DNA of 64,000 bases, from NCBI GenBank assembly GCA_947085295.1, contig CAMTVX010000028.1, forward strand, positions 26,148 to 90,147, read 5' to 3'. The notes beneath the pieces are model-generated. The model was not told the origin of the DNA and searched no databases. It was given only the letters and a program-made list of their open reading frames with translations. Position numbers and translations under genes: made by a program. The DNA is from an uncultured Alphaproteobacteria bacterium. Lineage in GTDB: Bacteria > Pseudomonadota > Alphaproteobacteria > UBA11222. This document shows positions 9,798-20,773 of this stretch, one piece after another. Every line of letters begins with the position of its first letter. Position 1 is the first letter of the stretch.

Positions 9798-10127
9798 GGC
9801 ATCGGCCTTATCGCATGGCTATCACTATTGGCTGTGCTGATTGCATACAGAATGCTGACCGGCGCCATATGGACGCGCGGAATTTTAAGTAACGCCCAAG
9901 AAGACGGAACAAGCCATATAGATATGGAGCGTTTGCAGCTTCTGATCATTTTCCTTGTCAGTGTCGCTTTCTATATCAAGACGGGTCTGGCGGCGCTTGG
10001 GCAACCCGGGACGCTCACCATTATGCCCGAACCGCCGGAGCTGTTCCCTGAATTGCTGCTGGCAAGCAACGCCATCTATCTGGCCGGAAAATATGGCCGG
10101 AAAATACAAAAAGGAGATACGCCATGA
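9798..10127 (+). CDS. Small integral membrane protein (hypothetical), paralogous to the next ORF.
   Basis: The ORF track starts at 9741; the internal Met (MGIGLIAWL...) is preferred. Two to three TM helices are predicted. The segment MERLQLLIIFLVSVAFYI resembles RFQFLIFTFVIAGLYTI in the next ORF. Local GC is ~48%. Confidence 0.5.
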   Translation, partial: GIGLIAWLSLLAVLIAYRMLTGAIWTRGILSNAQEDGTSHIDMERLQLLIIFLVSVAFYIKTGLAALGQPGTLTIMPEPPELFPELLLASNAIYLAGKYGRKIQKGDTP

Positions 10128-10462
10128 CGCCGGTCAATATTGCCCTGTGGGGATTTATACTGCTTGGCAGCATCATACTTGGCTTTGCAGCGATTGTGCT
10201 GTGGAAGATTGGCTCCGGCGAAATTGATATAACCCGTCTGATCAGTGAGCCCGCTACTGACCCCAATAATGCGGGTGAAAATCAAAAGGGCAGCCTGTCG
10301 CGATTTCAGTTCCTGATCTTTACCTTCGTCATTGCGGGCCTGTACACCATCCTGTGCATTGAAAGCGGAACCCTGATCGAAATTCCGGATAGCGTGTTGC
10401 TGTTACTGGGCATCAGCGGCGGCAGCTTTCTTGTTTCCAAAGGCATCAGCGCCAATAAATGA
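10124..10462 (+). CDS. Small integral membrane protein (hypothetical), a tandem paralog of the previous ORF.
   Basis: About three TM helices. ATGA overlap with the preceding ORF. Same architecture (TM, polar loop, TM, TM). Confidence 0.5.
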   Translation: MTPVNIALWGFILLGSIILGFAAIVLWKIGSGEIDITRLISEPATDPNNAGENQKGSLSRFQFLIFTFVIAGLYTILCIESGTLIEIPDSVLLLLGISGGSFLVSKGISANK

Positions 10463-10484
10463 GCTTCTGGAGTGGATCTGTAAA

Positions 10485-11315
10485 ATGCAGCGTATACTGA
10501 TCATTATTGCATTAATCGCCTTCGCCACACCGTCAATGGCTGCGGACCCCACGGATATCACCCCGTGCGAAAGCATGTTTGCAGACACCGGCATGCCATC
10601 CTATCGCGGGGATTTTGACGAAGATCATCATAGTTTGCGCTGCCGCCTGGGCTATGTGCTTTCGCATAATAACGAAACCCGCATTCCTGACTGGGTGTTG
10701 CAGGAATTGCCCGACGGTCAGATATCCGGCGCGGCAAAGCGCAAAGACAATTTCAAAGCGGACGACAGCCTGCCCCCGGAAACCCGTGCAGAAAAAAGCG
10801 ACTATAAGGGCAGCGGCTTTGATCAGGGCCATCAGGCGCCCGCCGCTGACTTCAAATCAAGCCAGGAGATGACGGATGAGAGTTTTTTACTCTCGAACAT
10901 GGCCCCGCAAGTCGGCCTGAGTTTCAACCGTGGAATATGGGCGCATCTGGAAGAGCAGGTGCGCGACTGGCTTGACACCCGCAGCCGCCTGATCGTCATT
11001 ACCGGCCCGGTCTATGACGCGCCAGATCTGAACGTGCCGAAAGTGCCTGCCATTCCAAAACCCGGCGCCGGGCAGGCGGAACCTGAACGGGTTGCCGTTC
11101 CTGCCGCCTTCTACAAAATCGTCTATGATCCGGAAATCGGGCGCGCTATTGCATTCCTGATGCCGAACAAGAAATTGCCGAAACGCAAACCAGCAGAATT
11201 TCTTGCCTCCATCGCAGATATAGAAGAGCGCACCGGGCTGGACTTCTTCACCACGCTGACCAAACGCCGCCAGCGCACCCTTGAAAGCAACGTCTCGCCC
11301 ATGTGGGAGCATTAA
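10485..11315 (+). CDS. Secreted DNA/RNA non-specific endonuclease (Serratia/NucA family, beta-beta-alpha-Me).
   Basis: Sec signal peptide MQRILIIIALIAFATPSMA. DRGH-type catalytic motif DQGHQAPAADF, with the downstream metal-ligand Asn in LSNMAPQ. The ORF track start (10431) was trimmed to the Met that begins the signal peptide. Confidence 0.8.
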   Translation: MQRILIIIALIAFATPSMAADPTDITPCESMFADTGMPSYRGDFDEDHHSLRCRLGYVLSHNNETRIPDWVLQELPDGQISGAAKRKDNFKADDSLPPETRAEKSDYKGSGFDQGHQAPAADFKSSQEMTDESFLLSNMAPQVGLSFNRGIWAHLEEQVRDWLDTRSRLIVITGPVYDAPDLNVPKVPAIPKPGAGQAEPERVAVPAAFYKIVYDPEIGRAIAFLMPNKKLPKRKPAEFLASIADIEERTGLDFFTTLTKRRQRTLESNVSPMWEH

Positions 11316-11362
11316 CGCACAACTCTGGCTATAACACAGCCATTTAGACTATACTGCCCGCC

Positions 11363-13576
<2,214 letters not shown>

Positions 13577-13597
13577 CGATTCTTATCAGGGTGGTAA

Positions 13598-15091
13598 ATG
13601 GAAATAGACGAGGAGATACGAAAGATTAGAAATAGACTCCGACTTTACAGCGGGCAGTCTATTGTTGCTCAAGCATTACGCGTACTTCATTGCCAGTTTC
13701 CCAGCCCGCTCGAAGACCTAAAAGCGGCGCCCTGGCTCACCATGCTTATTGTGAAATGGGCGGTGCAGGACAAATTAGTTTTTCAATCGATTGGAGAAGT
13801 CATTACTTCTCAAGAATTTGATGCTTTGCGCAATTTGCTCTGGAACATTCAAGGGAAAATCTCAAAAAGCGAAAACACACCAAACATCCATGCGATGCTA
13901 CGAACCATGCTTCACCCCCAGGTTCAGTTTCAACGGAGAGAGACCTGGGGGTTTCTGAGGTGGCCTGCATTGATCGCACAACTTGATATGAGCCATCCAA
14001 ATCGCACTCAGTTTGAAAACACATTCTTGATTTCACCCGAGACGTATATGGACTTGAGTTTTGCGGTCTATACTCAGGTTATAAATGGAAAAAAGACATT
14101 ACCGCCAGATTACTTTGCTTCTATCGAGGGGTACTATGGTAATAGCATCTCTACCTTCTTGGAACTTTTTGTGCGTGATTTTTCATCTCTTAGACGGGAA
14201 CTTCGAGAGAACGTCAAACGCCCAATGCGAGGAAGGATAGAATTTTTTGAATTTCCCTACCTTCAGCGATTTCCCATCTTTCGCACACCCGACGGAGTTC
14301 TGAATTTTTGGCATCGCAGCGTTTTTGCACGCGGCATGGAGGATGCAGTACACCTTCGCTTGTCAAATCTTGGCGCTAGCTACACAGAACCTTTCAGTCA
14401 AATTTTCGAAGGCTACGTCTTAGGTCTTCTAAATGATAATAAGATTCTATTCTTTGGGGAAGATGAGATCCGGAAAACTTTCAGCAGGAGAGACTCCACA
14501 GTCGAAGCAATTATTGATTGTGACGACTGCAATATCTTTATCGAAGCAAAAATGAGTTTATTCTGGGATGATGTACTGCTTGATGACGACCCCCAGCAGG
14601 TTTTCAATAAAACAGAAAACGTGAGGAAAGCCATTCAACAGGGATGGCAGGCAAGTGATTTACTTCGTAGTGGACGGGGACAACTTGGTGCGTGCGCAAA
14701 CAAGGTGCAGGATTTTCTCCTGGTTGTCACCAGTCGGCAGCTAAATATAAGCGGTGGGAATATGCTCAATAATATATACCCAGAAGGATCCTTTGAAGAG
14801 GTCCTTCCTTTTAATAAGAGACGATATCTGCCGCCAGAAAATATCTTCGTTCTTTCGATCGAGGACTTTGAGCGGCTAGCCGGCTGCCACCGGCTGGGAG
14901 AAGTTGAACTAGCTCCCCTTCTCAAGAAGGCGGCTATGGCCAATAACGATCCGATAACCTCTAAGATGTTTTTTTCAGATTTCCTCCAGGAATATCGAAT
15001 GCATGAGCGGAGCATACCTCGTCTGATTCAGCTAGCCAGGGATGAAGCAACAGCAAGGTTATCTAGCGCGCTAGAGCAAGATGAGATTTGA
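13598..15091 (+). CDS. Hypothetical protein, 497 aa, AT-rich orphan gene with no confident family assignment. It has a candidate PD-(D/E)xK-like nuclease core.
   Basis: The start lies 21 bp after the uvrB stop, preceded by a GGTGG RBS. Coding GC is ~45% against ~60% in the flanks. The segment EAIIDCDDCNIFIEAKMS fits a D...(E)xK restriction-endonuclease-fold signature. No ABC, helicase, HEPN or other common motif was seen. Confidence 0.55.
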   Translation: MEIDEEIRKIRNRLRLYSGQSIVAQALRVLHCQFPSPLEDLKAAPWLTMLIVKWAVQDKLVFQSIGEVITSQEFDALRNLLWNIQGKISKSENTPNIHAMLRTMLHPQVQFQRRETWGFLRWPALIAQLDMSHPNRTQFENTFLISPETYMDLSFAVYTQVINGKKTLPPDYFASIEGYYGNSISTFLELFVRDFSSLRRELRENVKRPMRGRIEFFEFPYLQRFPIFRTPDGVLNFWHRSVFARGMEDAVHLRLSNLGASYTEPFSQIFEGYVLGLLNDNKILFFGEDEIRKTFSRRDSTVEAIIDCDDCNIFIEAKMSLFWDDVLLDDDPQQVFNKTENVRKAIQQGWQASDLLRSGRGQLGACANKVQDFLLVVTSRQLNISGGNMLNNIYPEGSFEEVLPFNKRRYLPPENIFVLSIEDFERLAGCHRLGEVELAPLLKKAAMANNDPITSKMFFSDFLQEYRMHERSIPRLIQLARDEATARLSSALEQDEI

Positions 15092-15097
15092 TTGAAT

Positions 15098-15305
15098 CGC
15101 TTTTAGCCCCCCACCCCGGCCCTCCCCACGAGGGGGAGGGAGAAGAAGAGTAGAATAGAGGGAAATCCCCTCCCCTCCTTGCCCCATGGCTGTAGCGAAG
15201 AGGGGGATGGGCTGTTGCGGTTGACATTTTGTTTCGCGTCCAGCGCCCCCTCTCCCCCTTGTGGGAGAGGGTCGGGGTGAGGGGGAAGAAGCCAGACCAT
15301 CACGC
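15098..15305. repeat. Cluster of GC-rich palindromic repeat units (REP-like), including an inverted pair.
   Basis: Units: cccccaccccggccctccccacgagggggagggagaag; ccctctcccccttgtgggagagggtcggggtgagggggaagaag; and an intervening cccctcccctcc...gaagagggggatggg. Each contains a hairpin such as ccctctccc/gggagaggg. Antisense translation produces the spurious ORFs 15071..15469 and 15103..15303. Confidence 0.7.
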
Positions 15306-15352
15306 GTTAGGAAAATGGACGGGCGGCGCACCAGCCTGTATGATCCGCACCC

Positions 15353-16129
15353 ATGACACCCATGACAGCACCACATCATAAATCCGCCCTCGTCACCGGC
15401 GCATCGCGGCGTATCGGGCGGGCCATTGCGCTGGGGCTGGCTGCCGATGGGTGGCGGGTGGCGGTGCATTATGGCGGTTCCGCCAAAGATGCGGAAGCGA
15501 CAGTGGCGGATATTCGGGAGGCGGGCGGCGAGGCGATTGCGGTGCAGGCCGATCTGGCGGACGCGGCGGCGCTTGATGCGCTGATTCCGAAGGCGACGGC
15601 GTCGCTTGGCCCGCTAAGCTGCCTCATTAACAACGCCTCGGTGTTTGAGAACGACCGGGTGGCGGATTTCACCCGCGCTTCCATGACGCATACGCTGGGC
15701 GTTAATCTGCTGGCCCCGGCGCTGCTGACACAGGCGTTCGCCAGGCAGCTTCCCAAAGGCGCGCCGGGTAATGTGATCAATATTCTGGATCAGCGGGTAT
15801 GGCGGCTGACACCGCGCTATATTTCCTATACGCTTAGCAAAAGCGCGTTGTGGACGCTGACACAGACCATGGCCATGGCGTTGGCCCCGGCGATACGTAT
15901 CAATGCCATTGGCCCCGGTCCGACATTGCCGAATGACACCCAGGATTCGGCGCAGTTCGCCCGCCAGGCGGGATCAACCATTCTGGAGCGTGGCGCAGGG
16001 CTGGACGAAATCACGGCGGCGGTGCGGTTTATTCTGTCTTCGCCCTCCATGACCGGGCAAATGATTGCGCTGGATGGTGGCCAGCACCTGGCCTGGGAAA
16101 CGCCCGATATTGCGGGCATGGAGGATTAG
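15353..16129 (+). CDS. SDR family oxidoreductase, likely a pteridine/dihydrofolate reductase FolM-type enzyme given the downstream folB.
   Basis: Cofactor motif TGASRRIGRAIA and a catalytic YxxxK (YTLSK). It lies directly upstream of the dihydroneopterin aldolase gene. Confidence 0.75.
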   Translation: MTPMTAPHHKSALVTGASRRIGRAIALGLAADGWRVAVHYGGSAKDAEATVADIREAGGEAIAVQADLADAAALDALIPKATASLGPLSCLINNASVFENDRVADFTRASMTHTLGVNLLAPALLTQAFARQLPKGAPGNVINILDQRVWRLTPRYISYTLSKSALWTLTQTMAMALAPAIRINAIGPGPTLPNDTQDSAQFARQAGSTILERGAGLDEITAAVRFILSSPSMTGQMIALDGGQHLAWETPDIAGMED

Positions 16130-16250
16130 GCGGCAAAAGACGCAGATAGAACCTACCGGTGAGGGCGCAGGCCGGGTTGTGCATCTGCCCGCTACGCCAG
16201 CGCGTGAGCGCGGCGAGAAGCTGGCGGATGCGGCCAGCAAGGTGCGCCAT

Positions 16251-16604
16251 GTGTTTATCCGCGATCTGCTGCTGGATGCGCATATTGGCGTGCATAAGCA
16301 TGAAAAGGGCCGCCGCCAGCGGGTGCGTATCAATATCGACCTGACGGTGCTGGAAACGGCGCCGGATTCCGGTGATGATCTGGCCAATGTGGTGTGTTAC
16401 GAAGATATTGTCGAAAAGGTGAAAACCCTGATCGAAGCCGAGCATATCAACCTGGCCGAAACCATGGCCGAACGCATTGCCGGGCGCTGTCTGGAAGACG
16501 CCCGCATCGTGGTGGCGCGCATCCGGGTGGAGAAGCTGACCGTGATCGCAGAGGCCGCCAGCGTGGGTGTGGAAATCGAACGCAGCAAACCGGGATTTCG
16601 TTAA
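16251..16604 (+). CDS. folB: Dihydroneopterin aldolase.
   Basis: VRHVFIRDLLLDAHIGVHKHEKGRRQRVRINIDL matches the FolB N-terminal consensus. A GTG start at 16251 is preferred over the ORF-track ATG at 16065, which overlaps the SDR gene. Confidence 0.75.
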   Translation: MFIRDLLLDAHIGVHKHEKGRRQRVRINIDLTVLETAPDSGDDLANVVCYEDIVEKVKTLIEAEHINLAETMAERIAGRCLEDARIVVARIRVEKLTVIAEAASVGVEIERSKPGFR

Positions 16605-16870
16605 AACATCTGAATTAATCATTTGCCCTATTGACTCGCGAAGGCCTCTGGACTAGCCCCCCCGGAAAAGTTTGTTCACAGAATGAAAAAACATGACAAT
16701 TGCTAAGGTTTTATGACGCTTTCGTATAAAAATGACAAAATCACTCCGATGTCGGATTAAATTGTTTATTAGTATCAGATAGTTAGGGTGGTGACTAAAA
16801 ATTAGGCAGTTTAAGGAAGTCTTAGGGTTTCTGCGTGACTCCGGCCCGTTTGAATAGTTTTCACACATGT

Positions 16871-16893
16871 TTATCCACAGCTTGCGTGGATAG
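16871..16893. promoter_or_regulatory. Inverted pair of DnaA-box-like 9-mers (TTATCCACA gcttgc GTGGATAG) inside a 325-bp AT-rich intergenic region upstream of uvrC.
   Basis: Exact TTATCCACA at 16871-16879 and an 8/9 reverse match at 16886-16893. The surrounding 16605-16931 is ~40% GC and has no ORF. Confidence 0.4.
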
Positions 16894-16931
16894 TAAACTC
16901 TACCCTTCTGGTTACGGCTCTGACCTCATTC

Positions 16932-18812
16932 ATGCAGGAAAATTCTCCCAATTCAGACGCCGAAAAAGGTCCAAAAACGGGCCCGGAGGTGATCTACGCC
17001 TATCTGCGGCAACTGCCCCACAGTCCGGGCGTGTACCGCATGCTGGGCACCCGGGGTGACGTGCTGTATGTCGGCAAGGCGCGCAGCCTGAGAAACCGGG
17101 TTTCCAGCTATACCAAGCTGACCGGGCAGACGGTGCGCATCGGCCGCATGATCCAGGCCACCGCTTCGATGGAATTTATCACCACCGAGACGGAAACCGA
17201 GGCGCTGCTGCTGGAAGCCAATCTGATCAAGCGGTTGAAGCCCTATTACAATGTGCTGCTGCGCGATGATAAAAGCTTTCCCTATATTCTGATCACTGGC
17301 GGTCATGATTTTCCGCAACTGGACAAGCATCGCGGCGCGCGCAGCCGGGCGGGCGAATATTTCGGGCCGTTCGCCAATGCAGGCGCGGTTAGCCGAACCC
17401 TTAACACCATGCAAAAGGCGTTTTTGCTGCGTTCGTGCACCGATGCGGTGTTTGCCAACCGTACCCGGCCCTGTCTGCTGCATCAAATCAAGCGGTGCAG
17501 CGCGCCCTGTGTCGGCTTTATCGATGGCCCCGCCTATACCGGGCTGGTCGCGCAGGCGCGGGATTTTCTGGCGGGCGGAGGGGCAGAGGTGCGCGCCGGA
17601 TTAACGGCTGCGATGGAGCAGGCGTCCGAGGCGCTGGATTTTGAACGCGCCGCCACGTTTCGCGACCGCATCCGCGCGATGAGCGCGGTTCAGGCGCATC
17701 AGGGCATTAATCCGCAAACCCTGCTGGAGGCCGATGTATTCGCGGCGCATCAGGAGGGCGGGCAAACCTGTATTCAGGTGTTCTTTTTCCGGGCCGGGCA
17801 AAACTGGGGCAACCGCGCCTATTTTCCACGCGCCGATAAATCACTGAGCGCGGCTGAAATACTGGGGCCGTTCATCGTGCAGTTTTACGACAATAAGCCA
17901 TCGCCAAATCTGATTTTACTGTCGCATGCGGTGGAAGGCATGCCGCTGATTTGCGACGCGCTGACGCTGCGATCGGAACGTCGGGTTGAGATCGCCGTTC
18001 CAAAACGCGGCGAGAAATTCGAGATGGTGCAGCATGCCCTTAAAAACGCGCATGAGGCCCTGGATCGCAGACTTGCCGAATCCGCCTCGCAAACAAAACT
18101 TCTACAGGATGTGGCGACCACATTTGGCCTGGACGCGCCACCGCAGCGCATCGAAGTCTATGACAATAGTCATATTCAGGGTAGTAACGCGGTGGGTGGG
18201 ATGATTGTTGCCGGGCCGCTGGGGTTCGAGAAAGGCCAATACCGCAAATTCAACATGCGCAATGAAGAACTGACCCCCGGCGATGATTACGCCATGCTGC
18301 GCGAGGTGTTGACGCGGCGCTTTCAACGGCTGTTGCGCGAAGGCCCGCGCGAAGAGAATGGCGCGTGGCCGGGTCTGGTGCTGATTGATGGCGGGGCCGG
18401 GCAACTTTCCATCGCCGTAGAGGTGCTGCGCGAGCTGGACATTACCACCGTGCCGCTGGTGGCGATTTCCAAGGGGCCGGACCGCAATGCCGGGCGTGAA
18501 CAGTTTCACGTGCCGGGCCAGCCGGTGCGCAGCCTGGAACCGCGCGATCCGGTGCTGTATTTCCTGCAACGGCTGCGGGACGAGGCGCACCGTTTTGCCA
18601 TCGGCGCACACCGCAACGCCCGCGCACGGGCCGCGACCGCTTCGCCGCTGGACGAAATGACGGGCATCGGGCCTCGGCGCAAGCGCGCCCTGCTTAATCA
18701 TTTTGGCTCGGCCCGCGCGGTTTCCCAGGCGGGGCTAAGCGATCTGGAAGCCGTGCCGGGCATCAGTACGGCCATGGCCAAACAAATTTACGCGCATTTC
18801 CATGATGGATAG
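16932..18812 (+). CDS. uvrC: Excinuclease ABC subunit C.
   Basis: GIY-YIG N-terminus ([28 protein letters not shown]), UvrBC-interaction region and a C-terminal RNase H-like/HhH domain. Confidence 0.95.
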   Translation: MQENSPNSDAEKGPKTGPEVIYAYLRQLPHSPGVYRMLGTRGDVLYVGKARSLRNRVSSYTKLTGQTVRIGRMIQATASMEFITTETETEALLLEANLIKRLKPYYNVLLRDDKSFPYILITGGHDFPQLDKHRGARSRAGEYFGPFANAGAVSRTLNTMQKAFLLRSCTDAVFANRTRPCLLHQIKRCSAPCVGFIDGPAYTGLVAQARDFLAGGGAEVRAGLTAAMEQASEALDFERAATFRDRIRAMSAVQAHQGINPQTLLEADVFAAHQEGGQTCIQVFFFRAGQNWGNRAYFPRADKSLSAAEILGPFIVQFYDNKPSPNLILLSHAVEGMPLICDALTLRSERRVEIAVPKRGEKFEMVQHALKNAHEALDRRLAESASQTKLLQDVATTFGLDAPPQRIEVYDNSHIQGSNAVGGMIVAGPLGFEKGQYRKFNMRNEELTPGDDYAMLREVLTRRFQRLLREGPREENGAWPGLVLIDGGAGQLSIAVEVLRELDITTVPLVAISKGPDRNAGREQFHVPGQPVRSLEPRDPVLYFLQRLRDEAHRFAIGAHRNARARAATASPLDEMTGIGPRRKRALLNHFGSARAVSQAGLSDLEAVPGISTAMAKQIYAHFHDG

Positions 18813-18869
18813 GCTGATCACAACGCCTTGTGTATGATAGTGACCTCTGCAACCTTCAGGATTCGCCCG

Positions 18870-19448
18870 ATGCCCCGCAATCTGCCCAATATTCTGACCT
18901 ATTGGCGTATTGCGCTGATACCGGTGCTGGTGGTGACATTTTATTTTCCGGGCGACTTTGCCGACTGGCTGGCGCTGGGAATTTTTGTCGTTGCGGGGGT
19001 GACGGATTTTTTTGATGGCTATCTGGCGCGATCGATGCAGCAGCAGTCGGCGCTTGGCGCCATGCTGGACCCGATTGCCGACAAGCTACTGGTGGGTGCG
19101 GCCATTGTCATGCTGGTCTATTCCAGGCGCATTGACGGGCTGAATGTTGTTTCGGCGGTGATCATTCTGTGCCGGGAAATTCTGGTGTCGGGTTTGCGCG
19201 AATTTCTGGCGGGCTTGAAGGTCAGCGTTCCGGTTTCACGATTGGCCAAATGGAAAACCGCCGGGCAAATGATTGCGCTTGGATTTTTGCTGGCGGGCGA
19301 TGCCGGAGACAAAGCCGTATGGATGAACCATGAAATCGGCATTACCGGCCTGTGGATCGCGGCTATCCTGACACTGTATACAGGCTATGACTATCTGCGC
19401 GCCGGGTTGCGCCACGCCAGCGGTCCGGTTATCGGGCGCGTCCCATGA
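18870..19448 (+). CDS. pgsA: CDP-diacylglycerol--glycerol-3-phosphate 3-phosphatidyltransferase.
   Basis: CDP-alcohol phosphatidyltransferase motif region DGYLAR...GAMLDPIADK. The internal Met MPRNLPNILTYWRIALIP is the preferred start. Confidence 0.85.
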   Translation: MPRNLPNILTYWRIALIPVLVVTFYFPGDFADWLALGIFVVAGVTDFFDGYLARSMQQQSALGAMLDPIADKLLVGAAIVMLVYSRRIDGLNVVSAVIILCREILVSGLREFLAGLKVSVPVSRLAKWKTAGQMIALGFLLAGDAGDKAVWMNHEIGITGLWIAAILTLYTGYDYLRAGLRHASGPVIGRVP

Positions 19449-19696
19449 AGCTGTTATATTTTGCCTGGGTGCGCCAACGCATTGGCATCGCATCGGAAGA
19501 CATTACGCCGCCAGACGGCGTAACCAATGTCACCGCGCTGATCGCATGGTTGCGCACACGCGGGCCAGGCTATGCGCGCGCGTTCGCTGATCTGGAGGCG
19601 CTGCGGGTGGCCGTCAATCAGGAACATGCAGGCTTTGACGCGGCCATAAAACAGGGCGATGAAGTGGCCTTCTTCCCACCCGTGACCGGGGGATAA
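19445..19696 (+). CDS. moaD: Molybdopterin synthase sulfur-carrier subunit.
   Basis: 83 aa with a ThiS/MoaD fold and a C-terminal Gly-Gly (…FFPPVTGG). Confidence 0.8.
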   Translation: MKLLYFAWVRQRIGIASEDITPPDGVTNVTALIAWLRTRGPGYARAFADLEALRVAVNQEHAGFDAAIKQGDEVAFFPPVTGG

Positions 19697-19697
19697 G

Positions 19698-20147
19698 ATG
19701 ATAAAAGTGCAGCAGCAGGATTTTGATCTGGCCGCCGAAATCACCGCGCTGACCCGTGGCAAAACCGATATTGGCGGCGTGGTCAGCTTTACCGGCCTGG
19801 TGCGCGATGTGTCCGATGGGGCGCGCGTCGCCACCATGACGCTGGAACATTATCCCGGCATGACCGAAAAGCAACTGGCCGCGATCGAGGCCGAGGCCAA
19901 TGCGCGCTGGCCGCTCAGCGCCTCGCTGATCATTCACCGCTATGGGCGGCTGATGCCCGGCGAACAGATCATGGCGGTCGTCACCGCCTCGGCGCACCGG
20001 CAGGCGGCGTTCGAGGCGGCCGAATTCCTGGTCGACTGGCTGAAAACCAAAGCGCCCTTCTGGAAACTGGAAAGCGACGGCACGGACGAGACATGGGTTG
20101 CGGCCCGCGACAGCGACGATACGGCGGCGGAGCGGTGGAAGGGGTGA
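19698..20147 (+). CDS. moaE: Molybdopterin synthase catalytic subunit.
   Basis: 149 aa with an MoaE-family pattern, immediately after moaD. Confidence 0.85.
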   Translation: MIKVQQQDFDLAAEITALTRGKTDIGGVVSFTGLVRDVSDGARVATMTLEHYPGMTEKQLAAIEAEANARWPLSASLIIHRYGRLMPGEQIMAVVTASAHRQAAFEAAEFLVDWLKTKAPFWKLESDGTDETWVAARDSDDTAAERWKG

Positions 20148-20183
20148 GCAGGTATTTTTTACATTACGAATAGGTGATTTATT

Positions 20184-20726
20184 TTGCGCTTACTGGCCAT
20201 TTCCGGCAGTCTGAGAGACAAATCCTCCAACACATCTGCGTTGCAGGCGGCAGTGATCCTGGCGCCACCCGAAGTTGAAGTTGTTCTTTATACGGATTTG
20301 GGGAAGCTTCCGCATTTTAATCCGGACCTGGATACGGATAGACCCCCGGAATATGTCAGCGCACTGCGTCAGAAAATCGCGTGCTGTGACGGGCTTATAA
20401 TTTGCTCTCCGGAATATGCGCATGGCATTGCAGGCACCATGAAGAACGCACTTGACTGGCTTGTGAGCAGTGTTGAATTTCCGCAAAAGCCGGTGGCGCT
20501 GATCAATACGTCACAGCGTGCAGTCCATTCTGAGGCACAGTTACGCGAAATCCTGAAAACCATGTCGGCACGTGTGGTTGACGAAGCCTCTATCACACTC
20601 CCGCTTTTGGGCCAGAAGCTGGACGCTGCCTCAATCACAGCGCATCCAGATTTTTCTGTCCAACTTCAATCAGCCCTTGCGTATTTTATGGCGGCAATCC
20701 GGGCGAGAGCGACGACAGACAATTAG
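20184..20726 (+). CDS. NAD(P)H-dependent FMN reductase family oxidoreductase.
   Basis: Flavodoxin-like fold with N-terminal LAISGSLRDKSSNTSAL, typical of the SsuE/NADPH-FMN reductase family. Confidence 0.7.
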   Translation: MRLLAISGSLRDKSSNTSALQAAVILAPPEVEVVLYTDLGKLPHFNPDLDTDRPPEYVSALRQKIACCDGLIICSPEYAHGIAGTMKNALDWLVSSVEFPQKPVALINTSQRAVHSEAQLREILKTMSARVVDEASITLPLLGQKLDAASITAHPDFSVQLQSALAYFMAAIRARATTDN

Positions 20727-20773
20727 TTGCCCGCGTAGTTGCCCGCGACATGGGAGGTAGGATGAGGCTACCC

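Noticed and set aside
15071-15469. ORFs 15071..15469(-) and 15103..15303(-), encoding Pro/Gly/Glu-rich peptides.
   Set aside because: They are antisense translations of the GC-rich palindromic repeat cluster. They show low-complexity repeat-derived sequence, and they overlap the start of the SDR gene.
16605-16931. Possible chromosomal replication origin because of the DnaA boxes.
   Set aside because: Only two boxes are present, with no cluster of boxes or AT-rich 13-mer unwinding elements and no flanking dnaA/dnaN/hemE-type origin neighbourhood. It is more likely a regulatory site.
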